Shown: positions 39,901 through 49,280, counted from the stretch's first letter. The stretch: DNA of 64,000 nucleotides from Candidatus Bathyarchaeia archaeon (GCA_049515895.1 JBEKTQ010000004.1:1-64000); one strand, 5' to 3'. Translations and numbers: made by a program. Notes: a model not told the origin generated them from the sequence alone.

Positions 39901-42659
39901 CCATCTTAGGGGAAAAGGCGCAGCTTCTGGAGAAATTCGGCTCACGCTTCAGCGGTCTTGAAACAAACTGGCAAGATATCGTCGAGGTTATAGAATGGGT
40001 GAAAAAAGTCCAGGCAGCTTTCCTTGATATTCCAGTTTCGCAGGCTTTCGCGCAATTAGCTGCTCAGGGACCAAGCGCAACTCCATCGAGCATGGAGCTA
40101 ACTAGAAAATATGATGCTTCTTTAAGAGTTCTCGAAGATTTTGGGACTCGTTTCGAAGCGCCGATGAAGTATAAAAACCAGTTTTTGAGGGATTTGGAAA
40201 TAAAAGTTATCAACGAACGAATTCACACGCTCCGGGACCGTGTTGACGAAATTCAAGTTTGGGTTGACTTCAAAGACATCAAGAACCGTTTTGCCCTCCG
40301 TGGCTTAGACCAGTTCTTCAACCATCTGGTTGAACAGAAACTCCCAGCGGCAGATCTGGTAGATGTTTTCCGCAGAGGCGTTTACCAAGAATGGATCAAC
40401 AACCTTTACAATGAAGATCCCAAGCTTGGCAAGTTCAGGTGGGAAAATCATGAGCAGTTAATCGCTGATTTTAAGAAACTGGATCAAGACCTCATTAAGC
40501 TGAGTTCCAGCATGGTTATCGAAGAGGCAAACAGCCGTAAACCCCAAGACATTCTTATTCAAGCCGCAGACTCCGAGGCAGCAATTCTTCAAAAAGAGGC
40601 GGCAAAGAAGAGGCAGCTGATGCCGATTCGAGTCCTATTCCAGAAGATTCCTAACTTGCTTGTCAAACTAAAACCATGCCTACTCATGAGCCCAATAAGC
40701 GTAAGCCAATTTCTACCACCTGAAAGCAAGTTTGACTTGGTCCTTTTCGATGAGGCTTCCCAAATTGTTCCCGAAGACGCAATTGGCTCAATTTACCGCG
40801 GAAAAACAGTGGTGGTGGCAGGCGATAACAAGCAGTTACCGCCCACGTCTTTCTTCCAAAAAAGCTTGTTCGACAATGTGGATTGGGATGAACTCAGCGA
40901 TGAGGACGTTGAAATCTTCGACAGCATACTCGACGAGTGCCTAGGCATTGGGTTACCAGTCAAAACCTTACGATGGCACTATCGAAGCAAGCATGAAGAC
41001 TTAATAGCGTTCTCGAACCACCGCTTCTACGAAGACACGCTCGTAACTTTCCCATCTGCACAGGCGCAAAATGACACTTTAGGCGTAAAACTAGTTTATG
41101 TCCAAAATGGCATCTATGACCGAGGCGGCCAAAGAAACAACATAAAAGAAGCAGAAAAAGTAGCAGACCTTGTCTTTGAACATTTCCGCCTCTACCCAAA
41201 GAAAACCCTCGGCGTCGTAACCTTTAGCGTAGCCCAGATGGAAACCGTTGAAGACGCCATAGACCGCCAATTAAAAGAACAACCCGATTTCGAACAGTTC
41301 TTTAAAGAAGACCGTTTGGAAGGCTTCTTCGTTAAAAATTTGGAGAACGTTCAAGGCGACGAACGGGACGTAATTTTCTTTAGCGTCGGCTATGGTTATG
41401 CCCTGCAAAAGCAAATGGCGATGAACTTTGGTCCACTCAACAAGCCCGGTGGAGAACGGCGCTTAAACGTTGCAGTCACAAGAGCCCGGGAAAAAGTGGT
41501 TCTGGTGACCTCGATTAAAGCTACTGACATTGACCCTGAAATAAAAGCAGTCGGCGTGCAAACGCTACGGTACTATCTTGATTACGCTGAGCACGGACCC
41601 GAAGCGTTAGAGTCCGTTAAGGCGATGGAAGGCGAGTTTGAATCAGCTCTGGATGAAGATGTGGCCGCAGAAATTAAGAAGATGGGCTATGAGGTTGTTC
41701 CACAAGTAGGATGCAGCGGCTACAGAATAGACATCGGCGTTGTCGACCCAGTTAATCCAGGAAACTTTTTGCTCGGCGTAGAATGCGACGGAGCCTCATA
41801 CAAATCGAGCAATAGCGCGCGGGACAGAGATCGCCTCCGTGAACAAGTGCTAAGACAGCTTGGCTGGCGCATTCACCGAGTTTGGTCTCCAGCTTGGGTC
41901 GCAAGACGCGACTCTGAAATTCGACGCCTAAAAGAAGACTTAGAACAAGCCAGTAAGCAGCAGATAGATAGGGAGACGCAAGAACCGATGATTGAAATTA
42001 AGGGGGGGATGACTCCGAAGACTGATGTCCAGAAAATCGAGTTTGCAGGCATCGAAAAAATCGGTGAACCCTACAAGACCTACCCGCTTAAGGCGTCATT
42101 TAACCCATACATCAGGGTTGCCTCAGCTAACGGCTCTGTCAATTCTAAGCAGAAGAACGAATTTCACTTTCCTGAGAACAGGGAAAACCAAACTAAACTG
42201 CTTGCTGAGCTTGTGCAGAATGAAGGGCCCGTAAACTTTGATTATGCCGTGGAGCGTTTAGCATCCGCGTGGGGAATCAAACAAGTGACGCCACAAGTAA
42301 CTCACGCTGTGAAAGAAGCCCTCAACAACCTGTTAAGAGAGCAAAAAGTCGTGCTCAAAGGCAGCTTCCTTTGGTCCCCCACGCAAAGAGAAACTCTAAT
42401 AAGGGTTCCAGTGCAAGGCATCCCCGAAACCAAACGCAAAGCCAGTTACATTGCCCCAGAAGAAATAGAATCCGCTATGTTGCTTGTTACACGTTACGCA
42501 TTGGGCATCAGCCAAGAGTCTCTGATTTGGGAAACTGCTAGGGTGTTTGGGCTTAACCGTTCAGCTGAAGGAGCGTTTGAGGTGTTCTCAGAAATCTTAC
42601 AGCGGCTAGTAAGGGACAGAAAACTCGTCTGCAAAGACGATGTTGTTACCGTTGCTTAA
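36966..42659 (+). CDS. DUF4011 + SF1 (Upf1/Dna2-like) helicase + Vsr/DUF559-like nuclease + DUF3320 protein (Hhe-like defence architecture)
   Basis: W...L.DLSRRN.L, PL.L.P, GPPGTGKSQTI, CLELHS, MSP.SVSQ, FDEASQ, GD.KQLPPT, HYRS, QGDERD, RRLNVA.TRA, RIDIGV..ECDG...RDRDRLR...GW. Confidence 0.9.
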   Translation: MTQTVSSQPMKRVEDWKSRLIDLSRRNSLLYFHRNKRGSLSISQPDTQTAFNLLVLKKKKLEFWLPPPEKAQDTETQEKPQEQENPKGKGKTKTAKTAKGNTQASFNETLALADETQRPKANQLVSERMSRAELERSLKGLQWRSLLDYRERGVRILHAAFGTLDWVDFETKEQVQSPLILVPLELTRDSIRQPYSIGLPPVEDEEVLNPALQVKLKNDYKIDLPPLPEEWENLALQNYFDMVNQAVAELGWKVETSFDLGLFSFQKLVIYKDLEANAPLVTQHPIVRAIAGIKEGNLIMDGLPDEKDVDKIEPPDKTHQVLDADSSQRVSIEYALRGQSFVMQGPPGTGKSQTIANIIAECIANGKSVLFVSDKMAALEVVYKRLSEVGLAHFCLELHSSKANKQQVVAELKRSLDENLIPRKLPSPHEFEKMVDYREALNGYVAALHEKRQYLQRSAYEVLSLISGLERVPFVSVGLTELGTLTPQKMHELEALVSQLSKVWQVIEEPDFPWVGYRADVYNLELRSEVLSALENISETLLELQNEAEDFSAKLGVFPPETFVRVKWLLEVTKFLIESPKPEVYWLTDLNIDKLHAEAKTYLETSIWIKNTRVSLMERYQPSLFDLVLNQSADIEKQLEALSRILPGVGLEESEFLPEREKFLAFMRGTAVFARKWRETSQALAPRLGLDGEGLTINQIKELSRMALLCFAEDKPEPQWFDTKYFEQVADTVRKQKQLYQDHGLLKSRLDETYTDGIFQLDLDGLIARYNRYSQNPLKLFNSSYRNDQKQIARVTNNGKVPKTVLPDLVDARKVKKLQAQIEESAETVRALLGHFYDKSKTDFQGAEKALELTAEIRKLNWATTIPENLLKLITNTSSPSPMIKNLGLELQESINKWEQQLKDYSMFIPANIPKSNNAISQTPLPLLEEWVTETEKQLTPLRESTNVALATSKQEPQTYKQLMVDLKNAEDIRKKEAAILGEKAQLLEKFGSRFSGLETNWQDIVEVIEWVKKVQAAFLDIPVSQAFAQLAAQGPSATPSSMELTRKYDASLRVLEDFGTRFEAPMKYKNQFLRDLEIKVINERIHTLRDRVDEIQVWVDFKDIKNRFALRGLDQFFNHLVEQKLPAADLVDVFRRGVYQEWINNLYNEDPKLGKFRWENHEQLIADFKKLDQDLIKLSSSMVIEEANSRKPQDILIQAADSEAAILQKEAAKKRQLMPIRVLFQKIPNLLVKLKPCLLMSPISVSQFLPPESKFDLVLFDEASQIVPEDAIGSIYRGKTVVVAGDNKQLPPTSFFQKSLFDNVDWDELSDEDVEIFDSILDECLGIGLPVKTLRWHYRSKHEDLIAFSNHRFYEDTLVTFPSAQAQNDTLGVKLVYVQNGIYDRGGQRNNIKEAEKVADLVFEHFRLYPKKTLGVVTFSVAQMETVEDAIDRQLKEQPDFEQFFKEDRLEGFFVKNLENVQGDERDVIFFSVGYGYALQKQMAMNFGPLNKPGGERRLNVAVTRAREKVVLVTSIKATDIDPEIKAVGVQTLRYYLDYAEHGPEALESVKAMEGEFESALDEDVAAEIKKMGYEVVPQVGCSGYRIDIGVVDPVNPGNFLLGVECDGASYKSSNSARDRDRLREQVLRQLGWRIHRVWSPAWVARRDSEIRRLKEDLEQASKQQIDRETQEPMIEIKGGMTPKTDVQKIEFAGIEKIGEPYKTYPLKASFNPYIRVASANGSVNSKQKNEFHFPENRENQTKLLAELVQNEGPVNFDYAVERLASAWGIKQVTPQVTHAVKEALNNLLREQKVVLKGSFLWSPTQRETLIRVPVQGIPETKRKASYIAPEEIESAMLLVTRYALGISQESLIWETARVFGLNRSAEGAFEVFSEILQRLVRDRKLVCKDDVVTVA

Positions 42660-43342
42660 GGCTTATTTATTTCTCTGATGAGGGATGGCAGGTCACTGAG
42701 CGAAGTTATGATAAAGTTTGCAGAATTATGCTTAAGCTGCTCCAGAGTAGCCATGCCTGTCGGGATTCCCACAGCGATTGCCTTAAGCTCTTTGGCGCTT
42801 TGCATGTCAACAATGCTGTCTCCGACAATAACGGTTCCTTGAGCCCGTGCGTCTAACGCCTCAAGCGCCACCTCAAACTGTTCCGTGTGCGGCTTAACGT
42901 ATTTGACTTTGTCTCGAGGGACAACCGTTTTGAAGAAGTCCTCAATCTTGAAACGCTGGAGAATGTACTTCGCCGCTTTCTCGCTGTTAGTGGTGCACAA
43001 ACCCATCTTCAGCTTCATCCCATTAAGCTCCTTCAACATCTCGACGGCTCCTGTCTGCAAGCTTGTCGTTAAAGCAGCCTCCATCTCGTATTTCTCAGCT
43101 ATAGCCAAAGCTTGCGTGCGAATCTCTTCAAAAATGCGCGCAGAATTTGATTTATCACCATTTTTAAAGAAAATTTCCGATTTAGCCAGCATTTCAAATA
43201 TGCTTTCGTTAACTATCAGAACTGATGCGGGAACGCCAGCTCTTATAAGGTAGCCCCTAACTTCGGCGCGCATGGCTTTGAAATCCAAGTTGAAGTGGGC
43301 AAGTGTCCCGTCTAAATCAAATATTACTGCTTCTATAGTCAC
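42656..43342 (-). CDS. HAD family hydrolase (phosphoglycolate phosphatase-like)
   Basis: IFDLDGTL, KP, VGDS..D. GTG start at 43342 follows GGAG. Confidence 0.88.
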   Translation of the reverse strand: MTIEAVIFDLDGTLAHFNLDFKAMRAEVRGYLIRAGVPASVLIVNESIFEMLAKSEIFFKNGDKSNSARIFEEIRTQALAIAEKYEMEAALTTSLQTGAVEMLKELNGMKLKMGLCTTNSEKAAKYILQRFKIEDFFKTVVPRDKVKYVKPHTEQFEVALEALDARAQGTVIVGDSIVDMQSAKELKAIAVGIPTGMATLEQLKHNSANFIITSLSDLPSLIREINKP

Positions 43343-43542
43343 AGATGTTGGCTCCTTAATCCGAAACTGGGTTAACACTTACTCTTACAGAAATATACTT
43401 TGTGGTAAAATTCATCGCCAATGGCACAAGCTGAATTGCGAAAAAACAAGATTTCAATTGCTTTTTGTTTTGAGTAAAACCCCTAATTTCGCTTTTGTTC
43501 ATTGAGATTGATGCTTAGCTGGGTAGAAATTCGAATTCAACA

Positions 43543-44514
43543 TTACGAAGTTATTATTACCTTCAAAGCTTTCTCTACGGGATTATCGACTGTTTGCAGG
43601 GCTCTCTCAAAATCGTCAATCTTGAATCTGTGCGTAATTAGACCTTTCACATCAACCAGTTTCCTATCTATTAACTCCAGAGCCGCTGGGTACTCAATAG
43701 GCGAAAGGTAAATGGTGAAAAATGACGCTTCATCAGCATCCTCCAAGTTCAAGTACCCCTTCGACTCGCCGACCAAAGCCACTTTACCAGCCTTCCTAAC
43801 CAAAAACGGCGTCTGCTCAACGGTTTGTCTAGTTCCAGCAGCTTCAATAACCAAATCTGACCCGTGCTTTGTCAGTTTCCTAACCGTTTTAGCTGCGTCT
43901 TGTTTTTTGGCATTGATGACTGCGTCTGCGCCGTATTTCTCGCTTAATTCAAGCCTATAATCCTCTACATCAACTGCGATAACGCGGCAACCCTTCAGCT
44001 GAGCCACCTGCGTCATTAACAAGCCTATAGGTCCCTGCCCAATTACTGTCACCCAATCACCAAGATTAGGCTTCATATAATCGAGCACTCGAAGCGCCAA
44101 AGCAACAGGCTCCACTATCGCCGCCTCATCATCGCTTACACTTGCAGGAACGGGAATTAAGCTTCTAGGCAACATTGCTTTTGATTCAGCGAAGAACCCA
44201 TCACGTGTTAACCCGTAAAACCTGCCTCTGACGCAGTAGGTTGGCAATCCCCTAAGGCAATAATAACAGTGTCCGCAGTTAACCACAGGAACCATAACAA
44301 CCCGTTCGCCAGTGTCCTCGCGAACCCCCCAAGCATCATGCCCCAATATCCTGCCCTTTTTCATCCATTTCCAGTCTCCTCTATACAGGTGCATGTCGGT
44401 GCCGCAGATGCTTCCAGCTCTAAAGTGCACAGGAACCCATATGCCTTTCACTTTGGGTTCAGGAACGTTTTCAACATTGATCTTATGGGGTCCACGATAA
44501 ACAACCGCCTTCAA
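43543..44514 (-). CDS. Zinc-binding alcohol dehydrogenase (MDR family)
   Basis: ICGTD.H, GHD, CGHCYYC..G....C, EP, GQGPIG. Confidence 0.9.
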   Translation of the reverse strand: MKAVVYRGPHKINVENVPEPKVKGIWVPVHFRAGSICGTDMHLYRGDWKWMKKGRILGHDAWGVREDTGERVVMVPVVNCGHCYYCLRGLPTYCVRGRFYGLTRDGFFAESKAMLPRSLIPVPASVSDDEAAIVEPVALALRVLDYMKPNLGDWVTVIGQGPIGLLMTQVAQLKGCRVIAVDVEDYRLELSEKYGADAVINAKKQDAAKTVRKLTKHGSDLVIEAAGTRQTVEQTPFLVRKAGKVALVGESKGYLNLEDADEASFFTIYLSPIEYPAALELIDRKLVDVKGLITHRFKIDDFERALQTVDNPVEKALKVIITS

Positions 44515-44626
44515 AAAAACATCAACCTCTAACATTTCATCGGCGACTGAAAGGTATTAAGTTTATTGTACGTGCCGTGTGGCTTTTGCGTTAGGTTAAT
44601 AACTCTAATAGCACATGCATGTTTGA

Positions 44627-44857
44627 ATGCCTATGGACTTGGAAGAGTACTCAAAAGAGAAGCTTTGGCAGCTACTTGTTGAAACAGTGCATGCTTCAGT
44701 TATGTACCCGACCCATAAGGCTTACACGCGCGGGAGCATTTTGCCGCTGAAAGCTGATGTAACCGCTTCTGAGCTTGCCGAAAGGCTTGGCATGCCGCTC
44801 GGTGAAGCATTGGTGATTCTGAGCGAGCTGCTGGAAGAGAGAAAATTGCCCGCTTAG
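44627..44857 (+). CDS. Small hypothetical protein, HTH-like C-terminus
   Basis: 76 aa with VTASELAERLGMPLGEALVIL. Confidence 0.55.
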   Translation: MPMDLEEYSKEKLWQLLVETVHASVMYPTHKAYTRGSILPLKADVTASELAERLGMPLGEALVILSELLEERKLPA

Positions 44858-44925
44858 ATGCCTGTTATTTGTGTAGGACTCATGAGTTTTTTAAGCGAGG
44901 TACAATATTTAAAGCGCTGAGTTGC

Positions 44926-44949
44926 CGTTATGTTTATATAAGCATAACG
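44926..44949. promoter_or_regulatory. ModE-type operator palindrome upstream of tupA
   Basis: CGTTATG-TTTATATAAG-CATAACG; 22 of 24 positions self-complementary; ends 25 nt before the tupA ATG; a modE gene follows the operon. Confidence 0.8.
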
Positions 44950-44973
44950 TTATCCCTAAAAACAGTGAAAAAA

Positions 44974-46332
44974 ATGAAAGTTCTAACAAAGGTACTCGCA
45001 GTAGTCTTGATTGTCATAATTATAGCTGGAATAGGCACTTACGCAGCATACACTTACCTTAAGAACACGCAAAGTACACCTTCACCGACTCCATCCCCCA
45101 CGTTCACCCCAACACCAACGCCTAGTCCAACCACATCTCCAACAGCAACTCCAACATCCTCTTCGAGCCCAACAACCATTCCTACCCCAACTCCTACTAT
45201 CAATACCTCACCCAACCCTCCCCGCACAACATTGACAGTAGCAACGACCACAAGCCTCCATGACACAGGATTAGAAGACAACGGAGCAGGCAACATCAAA
45301 GATGCCTTCCAATCAGAATATCCATGGATAACAATTAACTTCAATGCGTTAGGAACTGGCGCTGCAATAGCAAATGCAGAGGCAGGCGACTCGGACATGA
45401 TCCTTGTTCATTCGCCATCTCAGGAACTTAACTTTTTAAAAAGCGGGTCAGGAGTAGACCGCAAAATAGTGGCATACAACTTCTTCGTTATTGTCGGCCC
45501 TGCAAACGATCCTGCAGGTATCAGCAGCATGACTAATGTGAGTCTAGCTCTGCAAACACTTTACAACGCTACCCAACCTGGCAATCCGAAATACAACCCC
45601 AATGTTCAGTGGTTCTCAAGAAATGATGGTTCAGGAACAGCCACCGCAGAGCAGAATCTTTGGAAAGCCGCGGGATTCAATTACAATACATTAACAACAC
45701 AGACATCCTGGTTTCATACCACTCAGCAAGGGATGGGATTAACCTTGCTTGCAGCCAACAACGGCGTAGGCTCTAGTCCTTCGGGGTACACATTATCAGA
45801 CACCGGCACATACCTTTCCTATTACGATCAAAACCTAATACAATTGAAGATCCAAATTCAAGCTCAACAAGCCTTGCTCAATGTCTACAGCGCAATAATT
45901 GACAACCCGCAAAATTCTACTCTAGCGGGCACAAACTTTAACGCTGCCTTACTTTTCGTCAACTGGCTAGTTTCACCTCAAGGACAGCAAGTGATAGGCA
46001 GCTATGGGATTTCAACCTATGGGCAATCGTTGTTCACTCCCTTTGTTCCTCTGGTTAGCGGCGCTTCATCTAACACTACATTACTCGGTTGGATTCAAAG
46101 TTACGCTTACATGAATGCAAACCCTGCCATCAGCGCTAGCGGAACAGAGTGTCCGTCGCAGTACCGATATAACGCCGGTGACCTTTACTCGCCGTCTTAT
46201 GACGCAGTAGCGAACATGAACGCTAATGTTCCCATAGACTTTGTGAACTATACCGTAGCAGACAGCCAAAAGCCAATAATTGCACTGCCAGCAAAAAGCA
46301 GTCCGAGCACGGCTAAAATAATTTGGGAGTAA
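44974..46332 (+). CDS. tupA: Tungstate ABC transporter substrate-binding protein
   Basis: N-terminal TM anchor, Pro/Thr linker, ATTTS..DTGL, GTG.A, VHSP, YN.F.IVGP..DPAG, SR.D.SGT. Confidence 0.9.
   Translation: MKVLTKVLAVVLIVIIIAGIGTYAAYTYLKNTQSTPSPTPSPTFTPTPTPSPTTSPTATPTSSSSPTTIPTPTPTINTSPNPPRTTLTVATTTSLHDTGLEDNGAGNIKDAFQSEYPWITINFNALGTGAAIANAEAGDSDMILVHSPSQELNFLKSGSGVDRKIVAYNFFVIVGPANDPAGISSMTNVSLALQTLYNATQPGNPKYNPNVQWFSRNDGSGTATAEQNLWKAAGFNYNTLTTQTSWFHTTQQGMGLTLLAANNGVGSSPSGYTLSDTGTYLSYYDQNLIQLKIQIQAQQALLNVYSAIIDNPQNSTLAGTNFNAALLFVNWLVSPQGQQVIGSYGISTYGQSLFTPFVPLVSGASSNTTLLGWIQSYAYMNANPAISASGTECPSQYRYNAGDLYSPSYDAVANMNANVPIDFVNYTVADSQKPIIALPAKSSPSTAKIIWE
45070..45225 (+). repeat. Low-complexity Pro/Thr/Ser linker in TupA
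   Basis: STPSPTPSPTFTPTPTPSPTTSPTATPTSSSSPTTIPTPTPT. Confidence 0.8.
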
Positions 46333-46381
46333 GGTTAAGAAAAGCTCAAATAAACTTCCTCTTATTTCTTTTGTGATATGC

Positions 46382-47128
46382 ATGGCTGATATTATCGGTC
46401 CCGCATTCGAACAAGCAATCAAACTAATCTTAGGCGGCAATCACGACGTTTACGCGACAGTTTACCGATCCATCTACATTGCAGGTTTGGGAACGTTTTT
46501 GGCTTGTTTATGGAGCATTCCAATAGCTGTAGTTTTAGGTTTGTATAGTTTCAAAGGAAAATGGGTTATCAAAGGCATCTTTAACGCTTTGATCGGTGTA
46601 CCAACTGTAGCCTTAGGGCTGCTATTGTATTTGCTCCTGTCAAGGCAAGGCGAATTCGGAAGCTTTCATCTTCTTTACACTCTTAACGGTATCGCAATTG
46701 GCGAATCAATTCTCGTAACCCCAATAATTGTTAGTTTTGCATCAAACGCGTTGGCGACAGCTGACACACAGCTCAGGGACTTAGCCAGAACACTCGGCGC
46801 TTCAGGGCTGAGAACCAATTCAACTTTGATTCGGGAAACAATCTGGTCAATAATGCTTTCGATTACGGCTTCTTTTAACAGAGGATTTGGCGAGCTTGGC
46901 ATAGCGATGATTGTGGGCGGAAATTTCGTGGGCGTTACCCAAGTTTTAACTACTGCCATCAGCGTTCAGATAAACTTTGGAAATTTCAGTTTTGCTGTGG
47001 CTTACGCAATAATTCTTATGGCAATAGTGATTGCGTTAGCTTTAACGATCAGTCTAATTGAGCGGCTCAGGCAAGAAGATGCATCAATATATCGGCTCCA
47101 TTTCTGGAGAGGTCTAGGCGGAAGCTAA
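46382..47128 (+). CDS. tupB: Tungstate ABC transporter permease
   Basis: PTVALGLLLYLLLSRQG.FG, LL.T..G, F.RG..ELG..MIVGGN, TTAI. Confidence 0.92.
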   Translation: MADIIGPAFEQAIKLILGGNHDVYATVYRSIYIAGLGTFLACLWSIPIAVVLGLYSFKGKWVIKGIFNALIGVPTVALGLLLYLLLSRQGEFGSFHLLYTLNGIAIGESILVTPIIVSFASNALATADTQLRDLARTLGASGLRTNSTLIRETIWSIMLSITASFNRGFGELGIAMIVGGNFVGVTQVLTTAISVQINFGNFSFAVAYAIILMAIVIALALTISLIERLRQEDASIYRLHFWRGLGGS

Positions 47129-47131
47129 AAA

Positions 47132-47848
47132 ATGAGTGTCCGTCTTCAGCTGGCAGATATTAAAAGAAGCTATCGAGCCGTAAAAGCTCTGCAATCAGTG
47201 TCGCTTGACCTACAGGGTGGAAAAATAATAGTTCTTTTAGGTGTTAACGGTGCAGGCAAAACAACGCTTATGCGGATTATGGCTGGCTTAGAAAACGCCG
47301 ACTCTGGAAAACTTATGCTTAACAATCAAACAATCGAATGTAAGGCTTTACGTCAGATTTCAACATTGGTTTTTCAAAGGAGTGCAATGTTTAGCCTAAA
47401 CGTTTACGACAATCTGGCGTATGGCCTTCGAATCAGAGGAGTCCGAAAAGAGGAAATACAAAAAAAAGTCGCTGAAGCCCTCCAAGAAGTGCGGCTCTCC
47501 GGATTTGAGAAACGAAAAGCAAAAAAGGCTTCAGGCGGAGAACAACAAAGAATTGCACTTGCCCGAGCATTCCTGCTAAATTCACACGTGCTGCTTTTAG
47601 ATGAGCCTACTGCGAATTTAGATCCGAACAGCGCAACCATCATTGAAAAGGCAATAGTGGCCCGAAAGCGCTCTGACCGCATTATAGTTATTTCAACCCA
47701 CAACCTAAGCCAAGCGAAAAGAATTGCTAACGAGATAATTCACATCTACAACGGCGAAATACTTGAGGTAGCAACGCCTGAGGATTTCTTTGACAACCCA
47801 AAAAGTGAAATCTCACGCAAATTCGTCAACGGGGAATTGGAATTCTAA
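47132..47848 (+). CDS. tupC: Tungstate ABC transporter ATP-binding protein
   Basis: GVNGAGKT, SGGEQQR, LLLDEPTANLD. Confidence 0.9.
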   Translation: MSVRLQLADIKRSYRAVKALQSVSLDLQGGKIIVLLGVNGAGKTTLMRIMAGLENADSGKLMLNNQTIECKALRQISTLVFQRSAMFSLNVYDNLAYGLRIRGVRKEEIQKKVAEALQEVRLSGFEKRKAKKASGGEQQRIALARAFLLNSHVLLLDEPTANLDPNSATIIEKAIVARKRSDRIIVISTHNLSQAKRIANEIIHIYNGEILEVATPEDFFDNPKSEISRKFVNGELEF

Positions 47849-48036
47849 TTGCAACCTTCGACTTCAGGCAAATTTCAGTCTCGCTGGGTTCATTTTCCCA
47901 TAGGTCCTCTATTGTCGGAGGCGGAGCAACATACCTCGTTTGGGCAGTGCTTAAGTCAACTAAAAAAACCTAGCAAAACCGCTTCTATCATTATCGACTA
48001 TCTTTATATGGACTTTGCAACATAACCATTTATAGA

Positions 48037-48594
48037 ATGCTTGCCAACAAAAAACGTAAGCTCTCATGCAAAGTCTGGTTAGAATACAAAGATAAACCGA
48101 TAATAGGCAAAGGTGGAGCCGAAATACTCGAAGCTGTCGACAAAGAAAAGTCCATTTCTAAAGCTGCGGAAACCTTAGACATGTCTTATCGTTACGTGTG
48201 GAATTACCTGCAGGATATTCAAAATGCCCTTGTGCAGCCGATAGTTGAAACCCACAAGGGAGGCAAGGCTGGAGGCGGAGGCGCGAAGCTGACGGATTTA
48301 GGGAAGAACTTGCTGGTTGAGTATAAGCAGGCTGAGAGCTACTTGGGGAACGTTTTGTCTAACTCGGGAAGTTTGGAGGTGAAAGCTTTGAAGTTGAGTG
48401 CAAGGAACCGATTTAAAGGGAAAGTTGTAGCAGTGGAAAAAGGCGTTATTACAGCTAAAGTGAAGGTTGAAGTGAAGGTGCCCGTAACAGTTACCGCCGT
48501 CATAACTAAGGACGCAGTTGAAGACTTAGACATTAAGGTAGGCGACGAAGTAGAAGCAATCATAAAGTCAACAGAAGTAATGATCGCCAAATAA
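48037..48594 (+). CDS. modE: ModE-family regulator (wHTH + one TOBE/Mop domain)
   Basis: SISKAA..L.MSYR..W, GG..GGGA.LT..G, SARN...GKV, A.IT..A...L, IKS..VMI. Confidence 0.92.
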   Translation: MLANKKRKLSCKVWLEYKDKPIIGKGGAEILEAVDKEKSISKAAETLDMSYRYVWNYLQDIQNALVQPIVETHKGGKAGGGGAKLTDLGKNLLVEYKQAESYLGNVLSNSGSLEVKALKLSARNRFKGKVVAVEKGVITAKVKVEVKVPVTVTAVITKDAVEDLDIKVGDEVEAIIKSTEVMIAK

Positions 48595-48722
48595 TCCTTC
48601 TAAATTTTTAATTCTTTTTCTTAACCGAAAAATGCCTAAGCACTATTTTTGCATGCACAAAATGGTATGGGTACAATTTTTCATATGAACTAAAGAAATG
48701 CCGGGGGGGTGGAGTCTTTTTT

Positions 48723-49280
48723 TTACTCTACCACGTATCTGTATGTTATGTGTTCACCTGCTGTGGTGCTTTTTCTCGTGATTTTAAGAACATCTCCAGG
48801 CTTTGCGCCTATCGCTTTTACTGCGGGGTCACCTGACTTTATCTGCGGTATCTGGTAGGGTTTAACCTTGTATTGCGTGAGAAGCTGGGTTTTTTCTTTT
48901 TCGGTTAGGATTTCATGCAGTGGGACTAGTGCGTGTTCGAAAATGTCAAAGACTGGGAAAGACTTTGGTAGCAGTTCAACCTGCTTCTTTTTTGCGCCAA
49001 GTTTCACTGCATGGGTGTAACGTCCTTCGGTGACGACTATTGCGCGGTCGATTTCTTTTTCTTTCATCACTTTGTACAGGGTGTTCATTGCGGCTATGCC
49101 TACGGTTGCTTCACCCAAAATGCACCAAATTAACGCTTTTTCTTTGTCTTGCGGAATATCAATTATGTAGGCTATTGCGCCTTCATACTTACCTGTTTCT
49201 TTTTCGAGAAGCTTGTATTTTCGAAGTTTAATCAGGACTTCTGCCTTTCGTTCTTCAATCGATTCAAGTTTAGTTGACAA
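48723..49280 (-). CDS. rpo5: RNA polymerase subunit Rpo5 (RpoH) with RPB5-like N-terminal domain
   Basis: C-terminal H.LVP.HEIL...E...LL..Y......P.I...DP....GAKPGDV.KITRKS.TAG....YR.V, preceded by ~105 extra residues. TTG start follows GAGG. Confidence 0.92.
   Translation of the reverse strand: MSTKLESIEERKAEVLIKLRKYKLLEKETGKYEGAIAYIIDIPQDKEKALIWCILGEATVGIAAMNTLYKVMKEKEIDRAIVVTEGRYTHAVKLGAKKKQVELLPKSFPVFDIFEHALVPLHEILTEKEKTQLLTQYKVKPYQIPQIKSGDPAVKAIGAKPGDVLKITRKSTTAGEHITYRYVVE

Noticed and set aside
47850-47990. Moco/Wco riboswitch between tupC and modE
   Set aside because: The conserved elements were not recognisable on either strand.
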